Shown in pieces: positions 44,797 through 55,021 of a stretch of DNA of 64,000 bases (position 1 is its first letter; every line of letters begins with the position of its first letter). This stretch comes from a virus (taxonomy: Duplodnaviria; Caudoviricetes). The position numbers and the translations under genes are program-made. Where the stretch lies: IMG/VR virus record IMGVR_UViG_3300020187_001966; one strand, given 5' to 3'. Under the pieces are notes generated by a model. The model worked only from the letters and a program-made list of their open reading frames with translations, was not told where the DNA came from and did no database searches.

Positions 44797-46956
44797 ATGA
44801 CAGAAAAATATTACACATTAGGCACTCATACTTCTGAACAATGGGTTGAATTGCACGCAGAATTGATTGCAGATGGAAACACATACACCAGTGTTCCAGC
44901 TAGAGAAGTTACAGTAGAAGATGATAGATTACATAGTCCTACAACCGGAAGTTACTTGCTTACACTAGAAGAAGCAACTGCATTACAAATCGATGAACGT
45001 GTAAAATTTATTAACGAAAGCCCTGAAAAGTATCCTGAAGTTTATATGCCATCTTCAGAGGATTTGACATGCGGCACCAGTGGCACACCAACAGATAGAT
45101 ATACAGCTTTGTACAACAACTGGAGTCAGTGGGTCAATGGAAATCTGGTTTATTCTTTTTTCACCGATGTTGAACCCACATTAAATAGACAAGGTACTTT
45201 TTTTAGATTCTTATCATTTGTAAAGCCTAACCACTATACCGTTGGTAAGACGAATCCTTTTAACACTCCTAAGCTACAGCAAGCTGGCGCTGGCGAGAAC
45301 GTTGATTTAATTGTACCTGATAATGGATGTTGGCTTGGTCATGTAGAGTTTATCAGCAGGGGTGTTACAAATGCAGTGAACCCAGATGACTATATTGGCA
45401 GTAATGTACTTCCTGGCAATGGATATTGCGATGTTCTCGATCTTGTGCTAGATGCTCCTTATTACATAGATCCAAATTATTTCAATGCTGATCCTACTAA
45501 TAGATTAATGGCACGTTGGGATGGCACAATTGTCCCTATAGAGAGTGTTGCTATAGCGTGGTGGAGGGATTCTACACAGCGTAGTATTTCCTTTGCATCG
45601 TTTGGTAATATATATGTAAGTCCTAACTATACCAGAGATACAGCCAATGGGTCCAACAGCACACTTCCTAGTGACGGTACCCACGGCACACAGTGCGCTG
45701 CTTTAGCATTTGGTCGAACTCAAGGTTGGGCATACAACGCTAACAAGTGGGTTATGAATCTATTTGGAGATAATAATGTGGGAAGTTTAGGTACAGGTCT
45801 TGATGTACAAAAAATATTTCATATTCATAAACCTGTAAATCCTATCTATAATAGCAAAGATCCAACATTAAGTTCCAACAGCTGGGGTATTAGAAGCAGC
45901 AAATCAGGCGATGGTTATTATTATTGGAGAACGGATTCACCTGTTAGTTATACTCGCTACACCGAACCTGCGTTTATAGATGTTTTAGGCATGCGAGGTG
46001 ATAGTGGTCGTTGGAAGAGTGAATTGCACGATAACTCTATAACACAAGCTGGAGATGAGCTTACTCAAGCAGGTGTTATATGTATTGTTGCCGCAGGAAA
46101 TAGTGGACAGCAATTGGTTAATCCAGATCATCCCAATTATGATAACCATATTAGTTATAACAACACTACACCACTATATTCAATAAGGCGTCTAGAAGGA
46201 CCTGGTCCCCTTGGTGGTTGGAAGTCAATCGCCACAACTAACAGGCGTGGCTGGCCTGGGCATATGGGTAAAACAGAAAGTCAAACTTTTCAAGGTAATA
46301 CAACAGTTAAATTTCCTGTAATTCAGGTGGGTGCGCTGGAAAGTAATACTGGAAGTAACAATGAAAAAATAGCAGATTATAGCGACAGAGGTCCTGCAAT
46401 TGATTTATTTTCATCTGGGGCAGGAGCAATGGCTGCAACTGTTGACACTTATTCAGCTTCAAGTGTTCCTACTATACAACGGGTTGATGGTGTATATTCT
46501 GCGCTTTCGGCAGGTGCAACAGATTTATCTCAGATAGGTGGATGTAGGGATACAGAATTTACGGGTACCAGCGCCGCTTGTCCTGTGGCGGCAGGTTTTC
46601 TTGCATCTGTTATGCAGTATAACAGAGATTGGACATACGAAAATTTACGCACCTGGATCGAAACAAATGTGACACCTCAGTCAACATCAACTCTGTACCA
46701 TGGCTTTGAAGCTACCACTCCAACAGATGTTAGATGGAGTAGTGAATATTCTTCGAGTGGTTCTTTTGTAAGCTACTCAGTCACTAGTTTACAAGGCGCA
46801 CCTAGCAGAGTTCTTTACAATGCGATTATACCTGTATCTACGGCTTATGGTGTTCAAGTTGGCGATCCGCCACCTGCACCTACACCTTATAGTATATCAG
46901 GTTCTCTTACAATAAATGGGCTAACATTTTCTCTGTTCGATGCTAATCTTTTATAA
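44797..46956 (+). CDS. Second S8 subtilisin-like protease (paralogue of 19317..21728, no cupredoxin insert)
   Basis: DLIVPDNG, HGTQCAA, AAGNSG and TGTSAACP; N-terminus nearly identical to the first paralogue. Confidence 0.8.
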   Translation: MTEKYYTLGTHTSEQWVELHAELIADGNTYTSVPAREVTVEDDRLHSPTTGSYLLTLEEATALQIDERVKFINESPEKYPEVYMPSSEDLTCGTSGTPTDRYTALYNNWSQWVNGNLVYSFFTDVEPTLNRQGTFFRFLSFVKPNHYTVGKTNPFNTPKLQQAGAGENVDLIVPDNGCWLGHVEFISRGVTNAVNPDDYIGSNVLPGNGYCDVLDLVLDAPYYIDPNYFNADPTNRLMARWDGTIVPIESVAIAWWRDSTQRSISFASFGNIYVSPNYTRDTANGSNSTLPSDGTHGTQCAALAFGRTQGWAYNANKWVMNLFGDNNVGSLGTGLDVQKIFHIHKPVNPIYNSKDPTLSSNSWGIRSSKSGDGYYYWRTDSPVSYTRYTEPAFIDVLGMRGDSGRWKSELHDNSITQAGDELTQAGVICIVAAGNSGQQLVNPDHPNYDNHISYNNTTPLYSIRRLEGPGPLGGWKSIATTNRRGWPGHMGKTESQTFQGNTTVKFPVIQVGALESNTGSNNEKIADYSDRGPAIDLFSSGAGAMAATVDTYSASSVPTIQRVDGVYSALSAGATDLSQIGGCRDTEFTGTSAACPVAAGFLASVMQYNRDWTYENLRTWIETNVTPQSTSTLYHGFEATTPTDVRWSSEYSSSGSFVSYSVTSLQGAPSRVLYNAIIPVSTAYGVQVGDPPPAPTPYSISGSLTINGLTFSLFDANLL

Positions 46957-47026
46957 AAATAATATAATAGTACAATGTCTAAATAAGCGATAAATAAGTG
47001 TAATACAGATATAGGATCGATTACAC

Positions 47027-50000
47027 ATGGCTATTGATAAGTTAACAACCACCAGCTTTTTAGACGAAAGCGTAACCAATTTAAAAATTGCAGTAAGTGC
47101 TAGAGCAAGCACAGTAATATCTAGTGCTAGTGTAGGAGATCTTAGTGATGTAGATATTACTACATCATCTCCATCTAGCGGGCAAACACTAGTATGGGAT
47201 AATGCTAATAGTAAGTTTATACCAGGTACTAGCTTTAGTCAAAGTGACTTTGATAATGCGTTAACAGCATCTGATACAGACGACCTAAGTGAAGGAACTA
47301 CAAACCTTTATTATACTGATGCTAGAGCAGATGCTAGAGTAGCTTTAGTTATAGATTCAGCACCTGCTACCTTAAACACACTAAATGAATTAGCATCCGC
47401 CTTGGGCGATGATGCTAACTTCAGTACAACTGTTACAAACTCAATTGCCGATAAACTACCACTAGCCGGTGGTACAATGACTGGCAATCTTACTCTTGGT
47501 GATAACGTTAATTTATACTTAGGTGATTCCAGTGACGCTTCATTAGTTTTTGACGGAACGGACACTACACTCACTTCTCAGGGCGAGTTAATACTTAATG
47601 GCCAAACTGGTGTTACAATTGATTGTAATAATGTGACCAATCAACCTACGCTATTTCTAAGTGATATGGGAGCTGGAAACACCGGTATTTTGTTAAAAAG
47701 AGCAACTGGTGGGAGTATCATGTATGGTCAGAGCATGGATCATTCTAGGCCAAAGGCCATTACAGGAACAAACAAAAGTCTTGGCTTTTTTGTTGCAGGT
47801 GGTCAAGGAAACGCATCTTATGCGGCTTTTGATTTTGCCATAGATGCTAACGCATCAAGCCGACATCCAGCAGTTATGGGTGTACGTTCTCCAAATAACA
47901 ACGCACTACTATTCCAAGGTGAGCAGTCTGATAGTACGGTGGTTTTCTCTGTAGATTATGATGGTAATGTTGCTACATCCGGCACAGTAGATGGACGTAA
48001 TGTAGCTACAGATGGCACTAAACTAGACACAATAGAAACAAATGCTAAAGATGATCAAACAATTACTGCAGGCGCAGGATTAACTGGTGGTGGTACTGGA
48101 GATGTAACACTAAGTCATGCTGCTACATCATCACAGGTTTCTTTAAATAACTCAGGTAGAACGTATATACAAGATATTACGCTTGATACTTATGGACACA
48201 TTACTAGTTTAGCTACTGCCACTGAAACAGTTACTAATACTAATTTAACACATACTGGTGAAGTAACAGGTTCTACTTCTCTTACAATAAGTGACAACAT
48301 AGTAGATGAAGCAAACCTTAAAGTGTCAAATGCTCCTACTGATGGATATTTCCTTTCAGCACAATCAGGTAACGCTGGTGGATTAACATGGGCCATAGTG
48401 CCAGCTGGATATACAGATAGCGACGTAGCTTCATATTTAAGCACAAATGATTATGATACATCTACAAATATTATTGCTGCTATTACTGACAGCGCACCAG
48501 GTACACTAGACACATTAAATGAATTGGCGGCGGCACTGGGCGATGACGATAACTTCAGTACAACAGTTACAAACAGTATTGCTACTAAACTACCACTAGC
48601 TGGTGGTACTATGACAGGCGACATTAACTTTGGTGACAACGACAAAGCTTCCTTTGGTGCTAGCAATAATTTAGAAATTTACTATGATGGAATGATTGGT
48701 TCTAATATGGTGTATGCTACATCACCACTCTTTTTAGCATCAACAGGTAATATTTGGATTGGTGGAGATAATATTGGAATAGGAAATCCTGGATCATCAG
48801 AGTATTTTGTACAGTGTGTAAATAATGGTGAAGTAAAACTTTATCACGACAACGCAGAAAAACTAGCCACAACAGCAACAGGTATAGATGTAACAGGTAA
48901 CGTAGTTGTATCAGGTACAGTAGATGGACGTGATGTAGCAACTGACGGTACTAAATTAGACACAATAGCAACAAATGCCGATGTAACTGACACAACTAAC
49001 GTAACAGCCGCAGGCGCATTAATGGACAGCGAAGTAACTAACTTAGCGCAAGTAAAAGCATTTGACAGTTCGGACTACGCTACATCAGCTCAGGGAACAA
49101 CTGCTGATGCGGCTTTACCAAAAGCTGGCGGTACTATAACAGGCGATATCTTGTATAATGATAACGTCAAAGCTAAGTTTGGTGCTAGTAATGATTTAGA
49201 AATTTATCATGATGGGTCTAATAGTTATATTCATGATAGAGGGGTAGGCAACCTTTACGTTAAAGCTAATGTCTTCCGTGTCTATAATTCAGCTGAAACT
49301 GCGATTATGGCTAACTTTGTTCAAAACAGTGCAGTTAGCCTTTATCATGATGCCACTAAAAAATTCGAAACAACAGCCACAGGCATAGACGTTACTGGCA
49401 CAGCCACGATGGATGGGCTTACTGTAGATGGTAATATTACCACCACAGGTTATATAGCTGGCCCAGCAGTATTAACTATTGATCCAGCAGGTGTTGGCGA
49501 TAATACAGGTAAGGTTGTTATCGCAGGTGACCTACAAGTTGATGGTACTACAACAACAATTAACTCTACTACACTCACAGTAGATGATAAGAACATTGTA
49601 CTTGCTAGTGGTTCAGCAGATGCTGCGGCAGCTAACGGAGCTGGTATTACTGTAGATGGTGCTAGTGCTACTATCTTATATGACGGCACAAATGATGAAT
49701 GGGACTTTAATAAAGACGTAAACGTAACTGGTACAGTGACGGCTGACGGGATATTTGTAGATACAGATTCAATATATTCTGTATCAGGAACTAACCGTGT
49801 AGGTATTAATAAAACATCACCAGCAACAACATTAGATGTGGGAGGAAGTATATTCTTTTCTTCAATTCTACGAAGTACAACAGGAGGTTCAGCGTCGAGC
49901 CCATCAATTCAGCCAGGATTAGATGGTGATACTGGGATGTTCTGGCCTGCTGTAAATAATATAGGGTTTACTACTGGTGGCACAGAACGTATACGCATAG

Positions 50001-53000
50001 ACTCATCAGGCAACGTTGGTATTGGTACGTCTGCACCAGCGTCTTCATTTAATGTTACTTCAGCCAATGGTGCTGCCCCTATAAATACGTCTGGGACTAA
50101 TGTTGTTCGCTTAACGTCTACCACTACGGCGGCGGTAGGTGTTGGTCCGTCTATTCTCTTTGAAGGCAACACTGGGAACACCACTTCTAAATATGGTTTC
50201 GCAGGTATCCAAGGATTTAAGTCCTCGGCAGCAGCTGAAAACTACAGTGGCGATTTAGCGTTCTTTACGCAAAGCTCTGGTGGTGCAACTGCTTTAACAG
50301 AAGCCATGCGCATAGACTCGTTAGGCAACTTGTTGGTGGGTACTACTACTGCTTATGGTACAACAGGCACGACTATTAATGCAGCAGGGCTAGTATATTC
50401 TTCTGCTGATGGAGACAGAGCAGGTCAATTTGATAGAACCACAAGTGATGGCGAACTTGTTAGATTTTCAAAGGCTGGCACAACTGTAGGTAGTATTGGT
50501 ACTCACACTGGTGATTTATACATTGGTACAGGCGATACAGCTTTACGTTTTTATGATGATTCTGATTTTATTTACCCTGTTTCTACTTCAACAGGAACAT
50601 CTAGAGATGGCGTTATCGACTTAGGTTTTTCTGGTGGTCGCTTCAAAGACCTCTACCTCTTAGGAAATGTAAATGTAGATGGTACAGTAGATGGTCGTGA
50701 TGTAGCTACAGACGGTACTAAACTAGACACAATAGCAACAAATGCTAATGATTACACACATCCAACACACCCAGGCGACGATGCTTCTATTGATACAGGT
50801 GCTCTTACAGGAGCAGTTGTAATATCAGATTTAGACTTTAATGTTACAACAGACACACTAGGTCATGTTACAGATGCTAATGCTACCGTCGCTACTAGAA
50901 CGTTAACACTTGCTAATTTAGGTTATACTGGTGAAACAAATGCCACAGCGGACCAAACTAAAGCTGATATTGAAGGTCTTAGCATTGAATTGCCTGCGGC
51001 AAACTTAACTGGTACAATAGCTGCAGCTAGACTCTCTACAGCAACTACACAAGTAGAGAGTGATGATAGTACAAAGATTGCTACGACTGCTTATGTTACA
51101 GATAAAATTACTACACTTATTGGCGGTGCGCCAAGTACACTAAATGATCTTAATGAACTTGCGGCTGCTATAAACGATGATGCTAACTATAATACCACTC
51201 TCACTACAGCACTAGGTACTAAGTTACCACTCGCAGGCGGAGCTATGACAGGGCCAATTACTACTAACTCTACGTTTGATGGAGTAGATATAGCTGCAAG
51301 AGATGCTATATTAACAAGCACAACAACTACTGCTAACGCCGCATTGCCAAAAGCCGGTGGTGTTATGACTGGCGATCTACAACTTTATAAAGCTACTCCA
51401 ATTATTACTCTACAAAGAAGTAATAACGCAACATTGCCAGGGTTAAGTTGGCAAGGTGCAGGTGGTGCAGAAGCGGCAAGTATAAAACTGGATGGCACAA
51501 GCGGAGCAACAAACACGCTTATTATGAGTACATATAATGGCTCAACTATGGCTGAAAGATTGAGACTTATGACTTCAGCCGCTGGTGGCATAGCCGTTAC
51601 TGGCACTATTAGTGTAACTGGCACAGTTGATGGTGTAGATATTGCGGCACGAGATGCAATACTTACAAGTACAACAACCACAGCCAATGCTGCTTTACCT
51701 AAAGCTGGTGGTACTATGACTGGCAACCTTACGGTTAGTATACCTGATAGCGGCGGCGCTCCAGCAACAACGGCAATATTGCAGCTAAACGGTTATGAAG
51801 GCCGAGGTGCTGGTATAAAAATAAAAGACTCTGTAAATAGTGCAGCCAACGCTAATTCTCAAGAATGGTTTATGGGTACTGGGTATAGTCAGAGCGCATT
51901 TAATATTGGATATTCAAGTACTGGCAGTCAAACATCTTATACTGCACAAAATAAGTTAACTATTACCACCGCAGGCGACGTGGGCATTGGAACAGCTTCT
52001 CCACAGAAAAAATTAGAAGTTACAGGCGATCTTCAACTTGACGCAGACAATGCTAGTATTTGGTTAAAGTCTGGCGTAGCTGGAACTGCGGGTAAGATAA
52101 ACTGGACATACAACTCAGAGGGCACAGTATACGCTTCTGCTGGAATAGATTACGACACAAGAGCCTCTACAGGATTTCACTTAGATGTAGGTTATCCAAT
52201 TACTCTCGATACCTCCTCAAGTACTGGTATTAAATTTATAACCGCCACCGTTCAACGGGCTGTTATCAATAATAGTGGACTAGGCGTAACGGGAAACATA
52301 GCTGTCACTGGTACAGTAGACGGTGTAGACATACAAGCCCTTAATACCACAGCCAACGCCGCTTTACCAAAAGCTGGTGGTACTATGACAGGTAATCTTA
52401 CTGTACAAAATGGTTCGCCAAGAGTTTTATTAACAGAAACAGGAGTTACAAATACACCTACTTGGTGGAGTATTGCTGATGGTGGAAATTATAATATACG
52501 ATTAAACAATACTGGTGTATACCCTTTAGACATTGTTACTAATAGTACAAATGATGCTGTTATTCATATTAATGTGGGATATAACACCAACTTTGCCGCT
52601 GGAATAGATGTGACTGGTAACATAACAGTATCAGGTACTGTAGATGGACGAGATGTAGCCGCAGATGGTCTCAAGTTAAACGGCATAGAGACAGGCGCAA
52701 CAGCTGACCAAACAGCGGCACAGATACTTACTGCTATTAAAACCGTAGACGGAACAGGCTCAGGTCTAGATGCTGATTTACTTGATGGACAACACGGCAG
52801 TTATTACCAAAAGAAAACAACAGTACAAGATGCGGCACCAAGTGGTGCTACTGGTGACTTATGGTACGAAAGTGACACTGGTTCATTTTATGTATATTAT
52901 AGCGGCGCATGGGTTGATGTTGCTCCTGGTGTTGAAACTAATACTAATTTACAAATTAATAGTTTGGGTGTTGGTACAGCAGCAAGTGGTACAGCAGGCG

Positions 53001-53365
53001 AAATACGTGCTACTAATGACGTAACAGCGTACTACTCAGATGAAAGACTTAAAGATTTCCATGGTAATATTGATAGCGCATTAGATAAAGTTAATCAACT
53101 AAATGGGTATTACTTTACAGAAAATGAAACAGCTAAAGAACTAGGGTATGATAACGATAAGCGTCAAGTCGGTGTAAGCGCACAAGAAGTAGAAGCAGTA
53201 CTTCCAGAAGTAGTTGCTGCAGCTCCTATTAGTGATGAATATTTAACAGTTAAATATGAAAAGTTAGCACCACTGTTTATTGAAGCAATCAAAGAAATTG
53301 ATAAGAAGTATCAAGATAAAATTGATATGCTTATGGAAGAAATAAAAAAACTTAAAGGTAATTAA
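47027..53365 (+). CDS. Long tail fibre (2112 aa) with a C-terminal intramolecular chaperone (peptidase S74) domain
   Basis: C-terminal YSDERLK...GVSAQEVEAVLPEVV...LTVKYEKLAPLFIEAIKE; many repeated fibre modules. Confidence 0.85.
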   Translation: MAIDKLTTTSFLDESVTNLKIAVSARASTVISSASVGDLSDVDITTSSPSSGQTLVWDNANSKFIPGTSFSQSDFDNALTASDTDDLSEGTTNLYYTDARADARVALVIDSAPATLNTLNELASALGDDANFSTTVTNSIADKLPLAGGTMTGNLTLGDNVNLYLGDSSDASLVFDGTDTTLTSQGELILNGQTGVTIDCNNVTNQPTLFLSDMGAGNTGILLKRATGGSIMYGQSMDHSRPKAITGTNKSLGFFVAGGQGNASYAAFDFAIDANASSRHPAVMGVRSPNNNALLFQGEQSDSTVVFSVDYDGNVATSGTVDGRNVATDGTKLDTIETNAKDDQTITAGAGLTGGGTGDVTLSHAATSSQVSLNNSGRTYIQDITLDTYGHITSLATATETVTNTNLTHTGEVTGSTSLTISDNIVDEANLKVSNAPTDGYFLSAQSGNAGGLTWAIVPAGYTDSDVASYLSTNDYDTSTNIIAAITDSAPGTLDTLNELAAALGDDDNFSTTVTNSIATKLPLAGGTMTGDINFGDNDKASFGASNNLEIYYDGMIGSNMVYATSPLFLASTGNIWIGGDNIGIGNPGSSEYFVQCVNNGEVKLYHDNAEKLATTATGIDVTGNVVVSGTVDGRDVATDGTKLDTIATNADVTDTTNVTAAGALMDSEVTNLAQVKAFDSSDYATSAQGTTADAALPKAGGTITGDILYNDNVKAKFGASNDLEIYHDGSNSYIHDRGVGNLYVKANVFRVYNSAETAIMANFVQNSAVSLYHDATKKFETTATGIDVTGTATMDGLTVDGNITTTGYIAGPAVLTIDPAGVGDNTGKVVIAGDLQVDGTTTTINSTTLTVDDKNIVLASGSADAAAANGAGITVDGASATILYDGTNDEWDFNKDVNVTGTVTADGIFVDTDSIYSVSGTNRVGINKTSPATTLDVGGSIFFSSILRSTTGGSASSPSIQPGLDGDTGMFWPAVNNIGFTTGGTERIRIDSSGNVGIGTSAPASSFNVTSANGAAPINTSGTNVVRLTSTTTAAVGVGPSILFEGNTGNTTSKYGFAGIQGFKSSAAAENYSGDLAFFTQSSGGATALTEAMRIDSLGNLLVGTTTAYGTTGTTINAAGLVYSSADGDRAGQFDRTTSDGELVRFSKAGTTVGSIGTHTGDLYIGTGDTALRFYDDSDFIYPVSTSTGTSRDGVIDLGFSGGRFKDLYLLGNVNVDGTVDGRDVATDGTKLDTIATNANDYTHPTHPGDDASIDTGALTGAVVISDLDFNVTTDTLGHVTDANATVATRTLTLANLGYTGETNATADQTKADIEGLSIELPAANLTGTIAAARLSTATTQVESDDSTKIATTAYVTDKITTLIGGAPSTLNDLNELAAAINDDANYNTTLTTALGTKLPLAGGAMTGPITTNSTFDGVDIAARDAILTSTTTTANAALPKAGGVMTGDLQLYKATPIITLQRSNNATLPGLSWQGAGGAEAASIKLDGTSGATNTLIMSTYNGSTMAERLRLMTSAAGGIAVTGTISVTGTVDGVDIAARDAILTSTTTTANAALPKAGGTMTGNLTVSIPDSGGAPATTAILQLNGYEGRGAGIKIKDSVNSAANANSQEWFMGTGYSQSAFNIGYSSTGSQTSYTAQNKLTITTAGDVGIGTASPQKKLEVTGDLQLDADNASIWLKSGVAGTAGKINWTYNSEGTVYASAGIDYDTRASTGFHLDVGYPITLDTSSSTGIKFITATVQRAVINNSGLGVTGNIAVTGTVDGVDIQALNTTANAALPKAGGTMTGNLTVQNGSPRVLLTETGVTNTPTWWSIADGGNYNIRLNNTGVYPLDIVTNSTNDAVIHINVGYNTNFAAGIDVTGNITVSGTVDGRDVAADGLKLNGIETGATADQTAAQILTAIKTVDGTGSGLDADLLDGQHGSYYQKKTTVQDAAPSGATGDLWYESDTGSFYVYYSGAWVDVAPGVETNTNLQINSLGVGTAASGTAGEIRATNDVTAYYSDERLKDFHGNIDSALDKVNQLNGYYFTENETAKELGYDNDKRQVGVSAQEVEAVLPEVVAAAPISDEYLTVKYEKLAPLFIEAIKEIDKKYQDKIDMLMEEIKKLKGN

Positions 53366-53367
53366 TT

Positions 53368-54552
53368 ATGGCAATTTCATTTCCAGGCAGTAAAAGCAAT
53401 GGGCAAAATTTTACACACGGAAATAAGTCATGGACTTGGAATGGAGCCTCCTGGAAAGGCGCTACATCAGTGGGCGGCGATGCTGTAACATTAGGTGGTA
53501 CGTCAGCTTCAAGTTTCCTACGCAGTGATGCTGATGATAGTACAACAGGTAATCTTTCAATGGAAAGTGGTCAATTAAAACTGGCCAACTTGGCAGCTGA
53601 TCCTAGTACACCAATAACTGGAGGTATGTATTATAACACTACAGATAATGTTGCTAAAATATATAACGGAACCAGTTGGATAGGTTTTGCAACTTATGCT
53701 ACTTTTTCAGGAAACGGCGGCAATTTTACTTATAATTTTACTGATAGTAACAATGTATCATACAGAGTACATGCGTTTACATCATCAGGAATATTTCAAA
53801 AGGGCGATAACAGTCCCATTGATATTATGATAGTAGGCGGAGGCGGCGGCGGAGGTGGTTCCACAGCCGGAGGCGGAGGCGCAGGTGGGTTGATTAACCA
53901 TTCACTTACACCAACCGTCGGTGACTATAGTATTATAGTAGGCGCTGGTGGATCTGGAAGCCAAGTGTCTAACGACGGTGCCGTTAATAACACCAACGGG
54001 GGTTATTCAAGTGCCTTTGGTTATACAGCACTAGGCGGTGGTTATGGGTTTTCAGGCAGACCATCTGGATCTAGATTAGCCAACAGCGGAGGATCCGGCG
54101 GAGGTGGTGGATACTACAATGGTAACGATATTATAGATCATACACATTCGGGCTCTGGAACAGTTAATCAAGGTAATCGTGGAGGTTTCAGCGTCAACAC
54201 CAGCCTATGGGGCGGAGCCGGAGGCGGCGGCGCAAGCAGCGTAGGTATAGACCAGGGTTCAACACGAGCAGGTGGAGCAGGAACAGATATGAGTAGTTTT
54301 TTTGGTACAAACTTTGGCGTTAGTGGATTTTTTGCTGGTGGCGGAGGTGGCGGTCAATACAATACTTCGGCTAATACTCCTGGAGGTTCTGGCGGCGGCG
54401 GTCAAGGTGGATCCGGAACCGCATCAACACGTTATCCAACAGCAGGAACTGCAAACACTGGTGGCGGCGGCGGCGGCGGTGGCACATATAGCACCAATCC
54501 TGGCGGTGGAGCAGGTGGATCCGGTATAGTTTTAATTAGGTATGAGATATAA
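53368..54552 (+). CDS. Glycine-rich adhesin/fibre protein, cassette 1
   Basis: MAISFPGSKSNGQ N-terminus; HAFTSSG, IVGGGGGGG and GGSGIVLIRY. Confidence 0.7.
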   Translation: MAISFPGSKSNGQNFTHGNKSWTWNGASWKGATSVGGDAVTLGGTSASSFLRSDADDSTTGNLSMESGQLKLANLAADPSTPITGGMYYNTTDNVAKIYNGTSWIGFATYATFSGNGGNFTYNFTDSNNVSYRVHAFTSSGIFQKGDNSPIDIMIVGGGGGGGGSTAGGGGAGGLINHSLTPTVGDYSIIVGAGGSGSQVSNDGAVNNTNGGYSSAFGYTALGGGYGFSGRPSGSRLANSGGSGGGGGYYNGNDIIDHTHSGSGTVNQGNRGGFSVNTSLWGGAGGGGASSVGIDQGSTRAGGAGTDMSSFFGTNFGVSGFFAGGGGGGQYNTSANTPGGSGGGGQGGSGTASTRYPTAGTANTGGGGGGGGTYSTNPGGGAGGSGIVLIRYEI

Positions 54553-54553
54553 C

Positions 54554-54922
54554 ATGGCACATTTTGCAAAAGTTTTAGACAATAGAGTAATAAATGTAAT
54601 CGTTGCAGAACTCGATTACTTTGATACTTTTATTGATAGTAGTCCTGGAGAATGGATTCAGTGTTCCTACAATACACACGGTGGAGAACATTATGGAACT
54701 GACAGACAACCTGATGGAGGTACTGCACTAAGATATAATTATCCAGGTGTAGGATACAACTACAATCCTGTTGATGATGCATTTTTTCCAGATCAGCCAT
54801 ATCCTTCTTGGACATTAGATAAAACCAAATATCTTTGGGAATGCCCAGTTGCTGCGCCAGATACAGAAAATTTTTATAGTTGGAACGAAGATACACAGTC
54901 TTGGGCACAGTTAGCACCATAA
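54554..54922 (+). CDS. Small partner protein, cassette 1 (fibre-assembly-like)
   Basis: MAHFAKV...WIQCSYNT...RYNYPGVGY.Y....DAF.P.QPYPSW.L. Confidence 0.7.
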   Translation: MAHFAKVLDNRVINVIVAELDYFDTFIDSSPGEWIQCSYNTHGGEHYGTDRQPDGGTALRYNYPGVGYNYNPVDDAFFPDQPYPSWTLDKTKYLWECPVAAPDTENFYSWNEDTQSWAQLAP

Positions 54923-54939
54923 GAGTATTTTGTATAAAC

Positions 54940-54979
54940 TATACTAAAGTATACTAAAGTATACTAAAGTATACTAAAG
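54940..54979. repeat. 10-bp tandem repeat TATACTAAAG x4
   Basis: Four exact copies immediately upstream of overlapping TATAAATA boxes (54986, 54992). Confidence 0.9.
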
Positions 54980-55021
54980 CATAAGTATAAATATAAATAA
55001 GCAATCTTTAAGGATATATAT

